This document shows positions 47,880 through 60,472 of a stretch of 64,000 bases of DNA, one piece after another. The notes beneath the pieces were generated by a model, which saw nothing but the letters and a program-made list of their open reading frames with translations, was not told the origin of the DNA and did no database searches. Source of the stretch: Orbicella franksi (taxonomy: Eukaryota); contig OZ116703.1 of assembly GCA_964199315.1 (NCBI GenBank), positions 28,210,001-28,274,000 on the forward strand. Direction: 5' to 3'. Made by a program: the position numbers and the translations under genes. Each line of letters begins with the position of its first letter. Within the stretch, counting starts at the first letter, position 1.

Positions 47880-48960
47880 GAAAACGTGGCTTATATGGGA
47901 CTGGACCAATCAGAAGACCGGATTTCGCCTACGTGACCACTGTCGATCAATCACATTGCAGGATTTCAATTAAGATAGCGGATGAGGAAAATGGTACTCC
48001 CTCGGCCAACCATTTGGACCAATCGGAAGGCCGGATTTAGCCCACGTGACCACTCTTGACCAATACGGATTTCATCAAAGATGGTGGAACTGAAGATTCG
48101 GCCCTAGTCTCCTTTTAGGGAAAAGTCCCGGTCAAAATCTGCAACCAATCAGAAGACTGGATTGGGTACAAGTGAACCAATAAATGATATGAGCAAAGCG
48201 AGCACTAATTTTTGGGTGGGCAAACGCCCTACGCGACTGTACTCGCTCGCGTCAGCCTTTACCGTTGCTTGGGTCAACCTTTACTTTCGCTCGCGTCAGC
48301 TTATTTATAAATCGCGTGCAGCGACTTTTTTCGCAGTGAAAAGCTAGCCAATTAGATTGCAGGTCAGGTTGAATGGACCAATCAGAAGGCCGGATTTGTA
48401 ACCACGTGATAACCAAGATGGCGAAAGCTTAAAATATCAATTAATTTGACCAAAAAATCGATTAGTTTTACTCTCGCTCGCGCCAGCTTGTTTATAAAAA
48501 CGCGTGCAGTGACTTCCTTTGCAATGAAAAACTAGCAAATCAGATTGCAGGATTCGGGTCACGCTCGCGCCACCATTTACTCACTCGCACGTGCCTGTGT
48601 TCATCTCGCGTCAGCTTTTTACTCTCGCTCGCTAACACGCTAATAAAAATCACGTCACTACAGAAAAATCAACTCTAAAAATTTACTATTGGGACGTGTG
48701 CCGAGTCCTAGTGACTGGCGCCCAAAAGATTAAAATAAAGTTTAGTGTGTGCGTTTTACAGAACAGCAAACTTTACTTTTCTTGGTGGTGTACGCGTAAC
48801 TTTTGGGACTCCCCGTGACGTGGACATCCCGGTTGAATCCGTAAGTACTGGGTTTCAATTAAGTCAAAATGGCCGCCAATAAAACATTTGAGAAAAGCCG
48901 GCGCAACGTAAGCAAGCAGGCTCTAATTTTTGGGCGGGCAGCACGCTCACGTGACGAACC
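47880..48960. repeat. Cluster of short direct repeats rich in CCAATC, CACGTG and AAGATGGCG
   Basis: GGACCAATC(A/G)GAAG(A/G)CCGGATTT at ~47903, 48016 and 48375. An ~85-bp duplication at 48270-48362 and 48465-48550. Confidence 0.7.
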
Positions 48961-49269
48961 AATGACTTCCGTGGAGGAGGATACCCTCTTCCTTTTGCTG
49001 GTCGCGTGTCAGCAGAGGGGGATACTCCCATCCCCTGTTCCTCTCGCGTCGTCTGATGGCGTCAGTTTTTTTCTCTCGCGGCAATTGCCTGTTTTCATGT
49101 GACGTCATCATTTTTGGTCAGCATTTTACTGTCCCCCTTGTTTGTTTGTTTTTTTTCCCACGAAGTCTTTGTTTGATCTGTTCCTTGTTCTTGGCATAAT
49201 AGCCTCTCCAATATTCGTTTAACCGTTCCCTGTTGTTATGTCCAAGGACAAATAGACGAGCATGGAGGC

Positions 49270-49738
49270 TATTGCTGGTTTTCAGTGTCACGCAATTCGA
49301 AATATATCAAAATAAAAATCAAAATCGGTCAATAGATAAAGTCCAGAATCTGGGAAATGAAAGAAGGTAAATATGCAAAGACTCTCGCCAAAATTCTGGT
49401 CACAGCAATTTTTCTTATGCGAGATACGCGGAGCAATTTTTTACCCAAATTTATAGAGATTTGTAAGACTTGGACTGTTTAGATAGCCAACCAAGTTCCC
49501 CGAAATAAGTCACTTTTTTAACCATCATGACAGCTCTGTAGGCCGTCATGTAAATGCCGAGTCATGCAAAAGCTTAGAAATTCAAGCGTAATGTATTACA
49601 AAACCAAGAACCCATTCGGAGCGAAAATTGGTATGAATATTAGTTTTCAGCTGATCTTATACATCATTAAAGTAAAACCTCTGGAAGATCAATAGTTTTG
49701 TAGTTCGAATTTTAGTGACGTCACGTGAAAACCAGCCA
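49270..49738. mobile_element. MITE-like element
   Basis: ATTGCTGGTTTTCA ... TGAAAACCAGCCAT imperfect TIRs. Confidence 0.5.
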
Positions 49739-49920
49739 TTGTGGTTAGCAAATGTTGTTCATAGTTCAAATACTGCAGGGAGGGTGACGCAAATTCTCGG
49801 AAGTGTAAACTACGTATAATGCTTCGCTAGCTGTTTTCCAGGCCTGGAAACAAGTTGAAATAGAGCAGTACGAAGAAACCCGGTAGACGAAGCAGTTTGA
49901 TGATCCGAGGGCCCCATAAA

Positions 49921-50065
49921 GTAAGAGTAGTCCCTCTTTCGCTTAGTCAGTCGTGCTTGACGTGAAAGAAAACCACGAGGAAAATAATGGCTGCGCGAGA
50001 TCCTGGGGACGAGAAGAGGTCTCGCTTGACAGTACCAAGCGAAAGAGGGACTACTCGAGGTCTAA
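49921..50065. mobile_element. Decayed short relative of the AcademH-like MITE at 5863
   Basis: GAGTAGTCCCTCTTTCGCTT ... AAGCGAAAGAGGGACTACTCG, the same TIR core as 5863-6136. Confidence 0.65.
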
Positions 50066-52178
50066 CGGCCCTAAACAGGCTAGCTGTTCGAGGGTCGTTC
50101 ATATTCAACAAAAACATACTCGCAGAATCCAAAATAAAATTACCTCTCGAATACAGGCCAGTCCTTCTCGGCGTTGCTTTCCAATGGCTTAAGATCAAAA
50201 GAACCCTCTACTGTAGACAAGCCGCCAAATTGGTAACCAACGCCGAGAGGAGTTTGGGACAAGTTTCTTAGAAAGAACTTTATTAATGAAAATCGCGGGA
50301 TCTGCACTGAACGGAGTTCAGCAAGACAAAAGCTAGGGTTGCTAGACTTTACTATAGATTAGAAACATTTTGATATCAGAAGATGACCACGGCATATTAA
50401 CATATTTGATAATACTCAGTTCATTAGTCCTCTCCAGTTTCTCCCAGAAAAAGCGCTTGTATACAAGGCCCCCAACTATATTGTAACTTTAAACTCATTT
50501 GTCTGTTAGAATGTTACCGGTATTAAAGATTATAAAACTAATTTTAAACGTATTGAGGTGACCTTTGATTCGAAGAAGGATTGCAATTCTTTTAAGAAGC
50601 GCATGGGCGGTCTGCCCATCAATCTTTAGCTGACTGTCAGCGCACGACCATTGTTTGATCGGAAAAATAACCCGCGTACTAGTCTTAAAAGTACGGTACT
50701 GCTCTAAAAACGGAAAGGAGTGTCGCTCTTTGTTTCCGCCCCTTGAGTGATGAACACAAAAGGTACAACAATTCCAATCAAATGTTCCCCCGATGCAGTG
50801 TGTGTTTCCTTTGACGTGGTTTTGTGTGTGCGGCTTTTGTCTTTGCAAGTATCCTTACTGACGTTATTTGTATAGGGTATTATTACGAGCTGTGAGCCGC
50901 AGGGAAGTTTACTGAGATCATTCAAGTTGCTACCACATGCGTATGAAATGTTCTCGCCCAAATAAACACACTGATATCCGTTAATGGAATCTTGGCCTTG
51001 AAAAGGAAATATTTATATCTCCACCCCCACAATCAGAATCTAAGACAGCAGCGCTCCATACCTAAAGCATATGTGACTATGTGTTTTCGAATTCACCCTT
51101 GTGTGCGGGTCATTTTATTTTTAGCTCCGTTCTTCCGACTGTTGACAATGGCTAACAAAAGGACAATGAAGGTATGGAAACTATTTCTCTGGGAGTTATT
51201 AGGGTTCAAATTAAAACTCGGTCAACTGCAAATTCTAGAACAAAGGGAGGTAAATCGTAAGATCAGTTTTAGCAAGACCTTATTAAGTCCTTTATAATCG
51301 TTTTCCGTTTTGTTTTTCAAAAAGAATGTATTTTTAGAAGCGCTTCAGAAAAACCCATAACATTTGTTTGCATAGAGACATACAGCTTAAAAAACATAGG
51401 TCAAGCCAGCCGAAGAAAGTGAAAGGAAGACAGACAAACGGATAAAATATCATAAACTCTGAATGATTTTAATTAAATCGATTCACTGTTTTTCATACAT
51501 GTGACTTTAAGAATGCTGTGAGGTAAACAAAACGTGACTAACGGCACTCTAAAGCTGTGCTAATGCTCATAACGTTTTGTCCATCAACATGTCTAGATTT
51601 AAGTCGACACTATAATTGGTACACATACAACTGTGTAGGTAACAGTATCGAAACATAAACGCTCTCTTAAAAATAAATTAAACATTTCGTGGTAAGTTTC
51701 CTTTAATAGTTAAGTTCAATCAGCCTCCTCAAGGCCATTCGTTCATTAATTCAAGTTTCTTTCGCAATTCGTGACCGATCTCTAGTATTTCTCTTCTTTC
51801 TCGTCACTGTACGCTGTCCATGTTAAAGACAATAGTGGTTTTTAAAAACTTGTTGATTTAGCTTTAGTGGTCCAAAATTGGCCGGAAACGGCTCTCTCTA
51901 TCTCGCTGCCGATCTACGCGTGTCGGAGACATTAGGAAGTGTGTTTTAAGGCGCAGATAGTACAAAGCGTAAAGTAAACTCAGATGTTCTTTAATGGACG
52001 CCATAAGGCGGTGGGATTGTTTCATCATAGCATCTCAATTAGTATACTACCGTACTTTCTTAAAAGTATGTTTAACACCTCTTGAAAAGCGCTAAATACG
52101 GCTAAGGTTATTTTACAGATAATACAATCATTTCTTGACGTGCTGTAACTCTAAGCCCGTGAATGAGGTGCGAATTTG

Positions 52179-52184
52179 TTTATT
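52179..52184 (-). terminator. Candidate polyadenylation signal of noggin
   Basis: AATAAA on the minus strand ~290 nt after the stop codon. Confidence 0.35.
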
Positions 52185-52474
52185 CTGACCCTGGTATTCA
52201 GTTAATTCAACAATCCTGCACGGGACTTTCTGTTCGTTCATGAAAAGGCCACTTAAACGTAACTAACCTGTCAAATAAACGCGGCGCAAATATAAGCAGC
52301 AGCTCAAAATCCATTGTTCTATAGTGGACAAGTCCAAGTTCTTCATCTTCTGTGCCTTTTCTTTCACTTATTTCCTTCATTAAAAATTGGAGAAGTCTTT
52401 GATTTTAGGTTCGGATTTGTGACCCCACTTGTCAGACAGTGCAATCCAAATTGGAGTACCCCTGACTCCTGCCC

Positions 52475-53179
52475 TCACTGTGAACACGAACATCTACAAG
52501 CGGTAGTCACGGGATAAAGAAACTTCACCCATCTGCATTTTGTATCCTTCCGTTCGGCGAATGTATCCAGGCAAAACCATCGAAGGACTCCCACGCGTTT
52601 TTTGCCAGAAACACGGCACCTCATCCCCGATGGAAATGAGCACGTTGCCTTTTTAGAACATTTTCCGACATTGATGTGACGAGGCCAATAGCGTACTCCA
52701 AAATCCTCCCATTTCTGGAGCACAGAACAGTGTGACACTTGCCAAAGCCAAAGCTGTAGTTTTTTACTTGCCTTAGGTCCAAGATATCTTTTCATACCGG
52801 GCATTCTGAAATCAAGGTTTTTTATTTCTTCCGGCATGCTCTTTACCAGCATCTTACGCAAGAAGTCCTGCTCGTCTGGAATGGTGTCGTTCTTCTTCAT
52901 CAAAAGCTCTTCTTTGGTTAGCGCAATATATTTTGGGTCAAAGTCAATTCCTAGTTGTGTTTTCATCGCGTCGAGATCAAAGTCGCCTTCTACAGGATCA
53001 CTGGGGTAGCTTTCAGGCTCTGGCGGTACCTTGAGCTTCAACTTGTCTCTTGAGGGTTGCGGACGGACGTCGGGTTTTAGGTGTTTCCAGGGTTGTGCCT
53101 CTGATGAGGTCTGCCAAACAGTGCTCAGAAAGCAAGCAATAACTAGCGTGAATATACTCTTGAACTTAGAGTGTCGCAT
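52475..53179 (-). CDS. NOG: Noggin (canonical type, 234 aa, CDS without intron), secreted BMP antagonist
   Basis: Signal peptide MRHSKFKSIFTLVIACFLSTVWQTSSEA. Clip RPQPSRDKL...DPVEGDFDLDAMKTQLGIDFDPKY. Basic KRYLGPKASKKLQLWLWQVSHC. Then WEDFGVRYWPRHINVGKC..C..GMRC...LRWFC...CRWVKFLYPVTTACRCSC, nine cysteines. Confidence 0.95.
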   Translation of the reverse strand: MRHSKFKSIFTLVIACFLSTVWQTSSEAQPWKHLKPDVRPQPSRDKLKLKVPPEPESYPSDPVEGDFDLDAMKTQLGIDFDPKYIALTKEELLMKKNDTIPDEQDFLRKMLVKSMPEEIKNLDFRMPGMKRYLGPKASKKLQLWLWQVSHCSVLQKWEDFGVRYWPRHINVGKCSKKATCSFPSGMRCRVSGKKRVGVLRWFCLDTFAERKDTKCRWVKFLYPVTTACRCSCSQ

Positions 53180-53929
53180 CTCTAGAAACTTCTCAGTGTA
53201 CTGTCACGTAGGTTAAGCCTCAGAATGGGAAACTGCGTTGGGCGTTCAAGGCGTTCTTTCGGTCCGTGGAGAGAAGTCGTGATCTTGACAGTAACGAGGT
53301 CCTTCTTAACTGCTGCTTTGCTTCATGTGTCAACCCAGTTATCACTGTTTCAAACAATCAAATTCAAAAAATAAATAAATATCTCAAATTATATCCGACT
53401 ACCATCAAGTTCTTATTTACTTTGTCTACTTTTGCTCGTCTTTAAGTCTAGACAATCATTGATAGCATTAAATTCAGTAGCTCGGCTCTTTACGTTAACT
53501 GCCTCTACCTACATACGTTCACTCACTCGCTATCCGTGTATCCCTTTGACGTGGTGCCGAAAATCGGGTTAGTATCGGAAATGCCCCACAGTTTTGATGA
53601 GTTCCGTGGTTTTCAAAATTTTCAAAAAACTTTTGCCCGGCGCTATGCCATGTTTATTAGCTTGCGTAAGACCAACAGACTTGGCGCTGTTAAAATACGT
53701 AGTCTTAATGTAACTCGGATCGCAGCCCGACGTCGACGATACTTATTATTTTGGGTTCATTTCATTTAGTTGCTTTTGGTAATCAGATGAAACGAGGCAT
53801 CCGGCTTTGTGGTTAGCAAAGCACCGTGCTCAAACCGTCGTCTCTCCTCGGCTTCACTGCGCAGTGCGGTCTGTTCGGCTTTTGCAACATGTTAAATAAA
53901 GTCTATCCCAGCAAGGAACAAGGCGCTAA

Positions 53930-53935
53930 TTTATA
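53930..53935 (-). promoter_or_regulatory. Candidate TATA box for noggin, next to a GC box
   Basis: TATAAA on - with GGGCGG at ~53947, ~750 bp upstream of the ATG. This implies a long leader or a 5'UTR intron; a possible acceptor TTTGAAACAG lies on - at ~53345-53354. Confidence 0.3.
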
Positions 53936-56900
53936 AGGTTCACGGTGGGCGGAGATCCAGAGAACAGCCTCCAACGGCTTTATGTCAGCTGAACGAACTG
54001 CTTTATATGTACGAATACTCTTATCTCTCTCCGGTACTTGTCTATTGTTCCTTGGAAATCCATTTAGGTGCTAATACCTCTAATCCTTTTTTATCGCCAA
54101 ATGTGACATTTATTAAAGATGTTCTCACTGTATGCGCGCATTCTTGTGCGCTAGATCATGGACTGCGCGAGTTTTCCTCAAATGTTTTTCTTCGCGAATA
54201 AAATTGATTGCACCGCAGCTTGGTTAATGAAATTTATACCGTACCCGTTTAAGGTTAATGAGTTTAAGCACCTCCTACGCCTGATAGCAAACCTGAAGCC
54301 AGTGATCTGATGACTTGATGGGCCGACTTTTGTCGAGCTTTTCATGAGCTTTAAAGCCTGTTCTGTTATCCATCACGCAGCGACATCAGCTGTCGACAGC
54401 CTCCTTTTACTGTGATCCGCCTGATCGATAAAATGCTAATTATACATTAATTGACCGAGATGCAAAAAGCCTAGCATGAAACTCATACATTAACTTAAGA
54501 GGGCCATTTTCGAATTTCAAGATGAGGATTTAGATTTCAGAGACTTGTACAAGCCAGTCTCGTGTGAAATAAGAGAGCATTTGAAATCATCATGCAACGC
54601 GAAGAGTACAACTGAAATTCTGCTGGCGATTAGCTAGGTGACCAAAACAATCGTATTCCATGATTTAAAGCAAACATCATGATCATCCCTCAGCCGATGC
54701 TTTGGGCGTGTCTGTTTCACAGATGTTTCGCAATAAACACTGTTTAAAGGGTTTTGACTTTCCCTTTGCGATTAGCAAGCACCATTCATTAAGCTAATCC
54801 CTCTTATTACCACTTATAAACCATTGCGGCACGGAGATTCGCATGAGTCGAACCGTATTTCTTGCGTCCGGAACATGCAGCGCGGGAAAATTAACTGCTC
54901 GACGGGTTACCGTGCCACCATTTAAGTACGTCACACCGTCATTGTCACGTTATTATGCTGTGAATAAGATTGCCTACAGATATCTGTTGCTTCCGTTTTA
55001 TTCGTTGAGCCTTGCTGGTGTAATCTAAATGTGCTTATTGATAACTGTGTGGGTGGCACGAGGTAGTTTAAGAAGTCAATTATGACGTTTAAAGCTCTTC
55101 AAGCGTCAGCAACCTCAATTAAAGCGTATTTGTTTTTAATCAATGTGCTGAACATTTTTAAGAAAAGATCTAACGCTGCCCGCCGAAAGAATGTTCGTGA
55201 ACGTGTGTTGTCACGGTGTTTATACTTTGTGCAGTGTGATTCGTGTGAAATAGGACTAATTGGAAGCTGTTCTTCCCGGCATTACACTATTAAAGTGTCT
55301 CGTGACAAAACTTGACACTTTTAATCCGTTGAAACTTTTGTAAAAGATTTTAAAGGCGATTGAAAGATTGAAACCAGGACTGTTATTTTTTCTATTAGAA
55401 AACTTCAAATCATTTTTCTGTGCTCATGGTGCATAAAGCTGTCCGCTAAGAGTGACTGAAGTTCATTCGTGGCATGCCGTCGTTTCAATGCGCCAGCATG
55501 CTGCTCTTAGCAAGAAACTTTTTAAACTTTTTTTCTAAGCTGATTGTTTGTTTTTGGAGAATTATAGACATAAAAGTAGGATCAAAAGAAAAAGAAAAAC
55601 ACAAACAACGCAAAAATGAGTACAACCCTAAAAAAGATGTATACTAGCAAGCATTTATTCTTGACTTTTGATTGCCGGTCACCCAGGTAAGCAATCTAGC
55701 GAACAGCAGCCAGAAGTTTTTTCTTTATAATAAGTTGGAGATCTCGATGAATAGTTACTTAGCTGCAGATGTACTTGAAAAGTTTAGCTCAGTACCCCCT
55801 TAAAACTACAAGAAGGACATCTACATAGAAAATCAGAGTTGACAACACACAACCAGGCATAAATGTATCCAGTGTCACTCTCTCGAAATCGCAATCGGTT
55901 AGTAATCGGTTAGCTAACTGTTAGATGCCGTTCCGCCTTGTACGGTGACCTAAACTGACCGAAACATTTACTGATATCCATGTACCGGCTTTTTCTCCCC
56001 CGTTCGTCGGACATCGCTCTGCCTGTTAAAACATGATAGCGTCGAACGATTGGTTTCCAATAGCTTTTCTTTCGTTCGAGGACTCAAATATTGAGGCTAA
56101 GGATATGTCACTGTGTTATTAATCCGTTAACCAAGGCAAAGTTTCAACAATGTTATGTGGTTACTGTCGAAACACAATGGATTTCAGTTCGGCATCAGTC
56201 GACACCATATTAACGGAAATAACATCTACCAAAAAATTAATTAACTTACCAAAAATTTACCCCTGTTGAATGCATGAACTTTTCTAAGAGAGGCAGAACT
56301 CTATTTCCAAAAATACACCACGCGGCAGCAGGTTCAACTAGGTTAGCAGATGCGGTTAATCAAGTTTCCTTCCGCGGCCCCAAAAGAAGCCGATTTGTAC
56401 TCTGAAAGTGTATTACCGGTTCAGAGAAGGAAATATCGGTAGATATATAACCACAAAGGCGCGCATGTGCAAACCTAAAGACTGGACCAGCTTAAAGCCA
56501 AGTTGGGCCATTTGATTGGTTGCTCAATGGAGTTTGGGATGACGCCTTGAAACAAATACTGTGGTTACGACACACATGTTATCGACGGCCGGTAAAAGTA
56601 CCATCCATGGACAGATTAGAACGAAAGCGACTTATGACACATTTCAGCGAAAAAGTTGCCCGGAATCAACCACTCCTTAAGCTTTGCTCACGTACTTTTT
56701 AAACTAAGGAAGTTCCTTCAATTTCTCTCTTCCCCGCAACGGGGCATAACTGAGTCCTCCCTCCCAAGGGGAGGAGAGCATTCTAAAGTAGAAAATAGAG
56801 AGCCTGGTGAGTGAAGAACCCTTTGTGGAGAAGAAAACCAAATGCAGTTTATGACAGGAGTAAGCTCAAGTTAGTATCATTGTCTGTTTTCGTTCAAAAT

Positions 56901-59900
56901 GAAGTACATTGTCAAGTAGAGTAATGATAAAAATAATAAAAAAAACTTATGTAATCAACTAGACTCATTAAAAAATCAATGGCGTGCCATCAAATTTGTC
57001 GGTAAAAATTAAATAGAAATACATCAGTTGATCAGTCAGAAGAAGAATTAAATATCACAAACTTGGATTTTAAGGGATAAGGCTTTAACGTTTCAATTTG
57101 AATATGCGCGAACTAAAGACACAGTTAGTAGTTACGCGGACTGGCACATTCCTTTGTGTGCTTGACCCATATCTTTGCATAAAATAAAATCATACTGAAC
57201 GTGGGACATGCAGCCTAATTAACTGTGTGCCAAGTTTACCATTTCCCGATTTGCCATGCTTACGGTGAAAAAGGAGTATATAACGGGACGAAGTTATTAC
57301 GGAGATTCCGATGCCTAATAAATCCCTTACATGTGAAAGCGGTTTACTAAAATATTCACTTAGCAAACTAGATATGGTCGCAAGAAATTCGAAAAAGTAT
57401 TGCAGCTGTAGTGAGAAGCCTCAAGTCGTGTTCTCAGTTTCCCAATTACACGTATTTGTCTTTGAGATCAGGCAACTAAAAGACCGCGGAAAGATCTCCA
57501 CATAAATGTATGGAAAACTTTAAACAAGACCTTAATACGCACTATAGATTACTTAGAAGAAAACCGCCAAATGCGATTTCCAGAGTATGATATCAACGTT
57601 ACACAATAACTTACAAACCTGTGTTTTTGATTGAACAGTTTGTGTGACAGCAGCGGAACAGTAGTGTAAGGTAAAATTAAGCACTTATTGACCAGCTCCG
57701 TAATATTTACACTTATAAATGTTTAGGAGGGAAGCCGATTTAAAATTCATTATCACATGATTTACATCTTATTAGATTCTTCCGTTTCAACGGGGCACGC
57801 CGACCAACAATCGAAAAAGAATTTAATTAAAAAACGCTGTCCCTTGCTAATGGTCGATTAGGTGGGAAGAAGTGGTCTTGCCTACTCTCACATAAAATCA
57901 TCTGAGGAAGTTTGTTATCAGACAATAGAAGAATCCTGAAAACAATCCAGAAATCGCAAGTATTGATGAATAAAAAAAAGATCCAAGGAAGATCCAACCA
58001 CACCTGTTCTATTTATGTGACTGTATAAAAAAAATTTCAAACTAATTAGAAAAACTGTAATGGAATTATATCTTATCTCGATGTGATTACTCCAATAAAA
58101 ACAACTGAACATTAAAAGAAACCGACAAAGTTTTACCCCACAGGGCAGAGCGAAATAATCCTCTTTCGTAACGAGCCTAGGTTATACTATAATTATGCAA
58201 TTCCGATGTTTACCTACAACACGCTCTTGAATTGAGACGAACATATAAATCATTGGTTTGCAATAAGTCTTAAGAAAAATTCCGACGGTCAAGACTGAAT
58301 AGAGTGGAGTGGAGTATGGCTCAGAACAGATGAAGTCTATACGGACTTTTATTTACCTGTCCGTGATTCTATGAACAGGTATACAGCCATTCTCAGGTCA
58401 ATTTATAAGAACGACTGTGGTCCCTAAATTCTTAGAATGTAATCTCATAGACAGAGTCTCTTTGCCTTCACGAGCCTTCAGCGGGACTAACACTTATGTG
58501 CAAAGTGCACTTTAATCGCTGTTAGTGGTTTCTAGGTTAGGCAAGACTGCTGTTTTCTAACAAAACATATATCTATCTCCTTTTACTTCGTTTAATGATG
58601 GCCCCAAAGATTGTTTGGAAAACGAGATCGTTTCCGGTTCTGTGCCTGGAGCTGTACATACCCTTCAGCCGTTAATCCGCATTCTTGACAATATTTCAAA
58701 TAAAACCGGTGATAGAGAAACCAATGTTGCACTTTGTCATCTTACGTTCATCGCTAAAGCAATAAGCGACGAGAATTTCGCTCCATAAGAGTTTCGTGAT
58801 GATTTGTTGAAATTTTCAAACATAGATGCACAGATATGATACCAGTGGGTCAAACGTTTGTACAGTAAACTCCATTTCGGCTTGCACCGGACACGTTTAA
58901 TGTGATTTATTGATCTACCCGTCTATGTCAAGGAAATGTTTATTTGCTTCTGAATTACAATCCTGACACGTGGTGTGGTTTTCACTTATTTTTGCAACAT
59001 GCCCCCATTTGAAGTGCTTTTTTAATTTTTCTATCAAGGCGTATTTCTTTTCCTGTCAAGTGCATAAAACTATTCAAATAAACTATAGCACGAAAATGGA
59101 CTTAAAGTGCCTATGTTTGTGTTGGAATCTGAGAACGGTCATAATGAAGTTTCCTAGTTTTTACAGGTGTTGCTTGGAACAGATGGTTAGCAGACAACAG
59201 GCGGGTTTAAAAAGAAAGTCATGCTTACCTACGCAACCTTTTTGATTTATGATAGTTTATGTTGAGTACGTGAGGCATCATGGACCCTTATAAACCTTTA
59301 ACAACGGTGATGAAGACGGTCTGTAAACATCAAACTCCAATGATCTGCAAAACCATTAAGCACATGTAGGCGCCTCAAGACCGGTGCTTGGTGTTTGCAA
59401 GCATAGTGACTCCAGTGGCATAGCCTTCGAGCCGAGAGGGGTATTGAGGGACGGGAGAGTAGGGATTCCAAACAATTTTGGACGGGGTGAAATAGGATCC
59501 TTGAAGCTCCTCAACCAAAATATGGGTGTTGTCAGAATTTAGCCTTTCGTATTGTTCTGCGCAACCCAGGGCTCTGCGTACAACGTGTGCATTGTCAAGC
59601 GCGAAATCACGATGTAATCAATCTTGGGAATGAGCATTGAACGGTTCTGATTTGTCAGAAAATTCAGTGCAATCAGAGATATAATTTGACAGGAGCCTAT
59701 GACATGGGCCCCTGAATTTGATAATTTAGCGGCAGAAAAGGTCTTCTAAAAACTTTCTCAGCCAAGAGTCTACTAATTAGTTATTGTGTTACTCATTTAC
59801 CGCAACCGTTTTGGAAAAGATCAAACAAGGAACAATAATAAAAACCAAGAGTTATTTTAAGTAAAATGGGGCGCTGAGAGGAAGATGGGTGAGGAGTAGC

Positions 59901-60253
59901 TTTGCGTCCCTTTGTCTGGTAGAACAGCAAGAGCTAACTAGTATTCTAAAACATGTTGATAAGTAAATGTCGAAGGGAAGGGTGGAAGGAACGCAAGTAC
60001 AATCAGCAGTAGTGCAAGTAATTGGAATGTAAATGCTTTTGATCTCGATTTACAAGATGGTTACTTGTTAGAAATTAAGATCTGTAGTTTAGCACCTTCT
60101 GGAACGGACCCAGGCGTATTGAAACCTGGCTTGATGTTTTTTTTCTTGAAGAAATTTTAAAACCGAAAACCTCACCTCCCTTCCAAAATTGTTCTAGCGT
60201 GTAGTTTTTCCCTCTGCCTCTAAACAACGTGCCTTAGGATGATTAACGACGAC

Positions 60254-60472
60254 AACCTAATGTTACTTGCATAATCATTTCAGTTAGGTGATTTTAGAAA
60301 AGAAAATGCTTTACGCGGCTGTGTTTTGGTAGTTTCCACACTGCCCTGCTGAAGCGGACGATAAACGAAGAAAACCTAATGTTACTTGCATAATCATTTT
60401 ACTAAGGCGACATCAGAAAAGGAGACGCTTTACGCGGCTGTGTTTGGTAGTTTACGCCCTGCCCTGCTGAAA
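60254..60472. repeat. Two diverged tandem copies of a 119-bp unit
   Basis: AACCTAATGTTACTTGCATAATCATTT at 60254 and 60373. GCTTTACGCGGCTGTGTTT..GGTAGTTT..CTGCCCTGCTGAA in both. Confidence 0.85.

Noticed and set aside
29800-60000. BMP-responsive Smad elements (GGCGCC-N5-GTCT) near the noggin genes
   Set aside because: GGCGCC sites are present (e.g. ~59369) but none I checked has a correctly spaced GTCT/AGAC.
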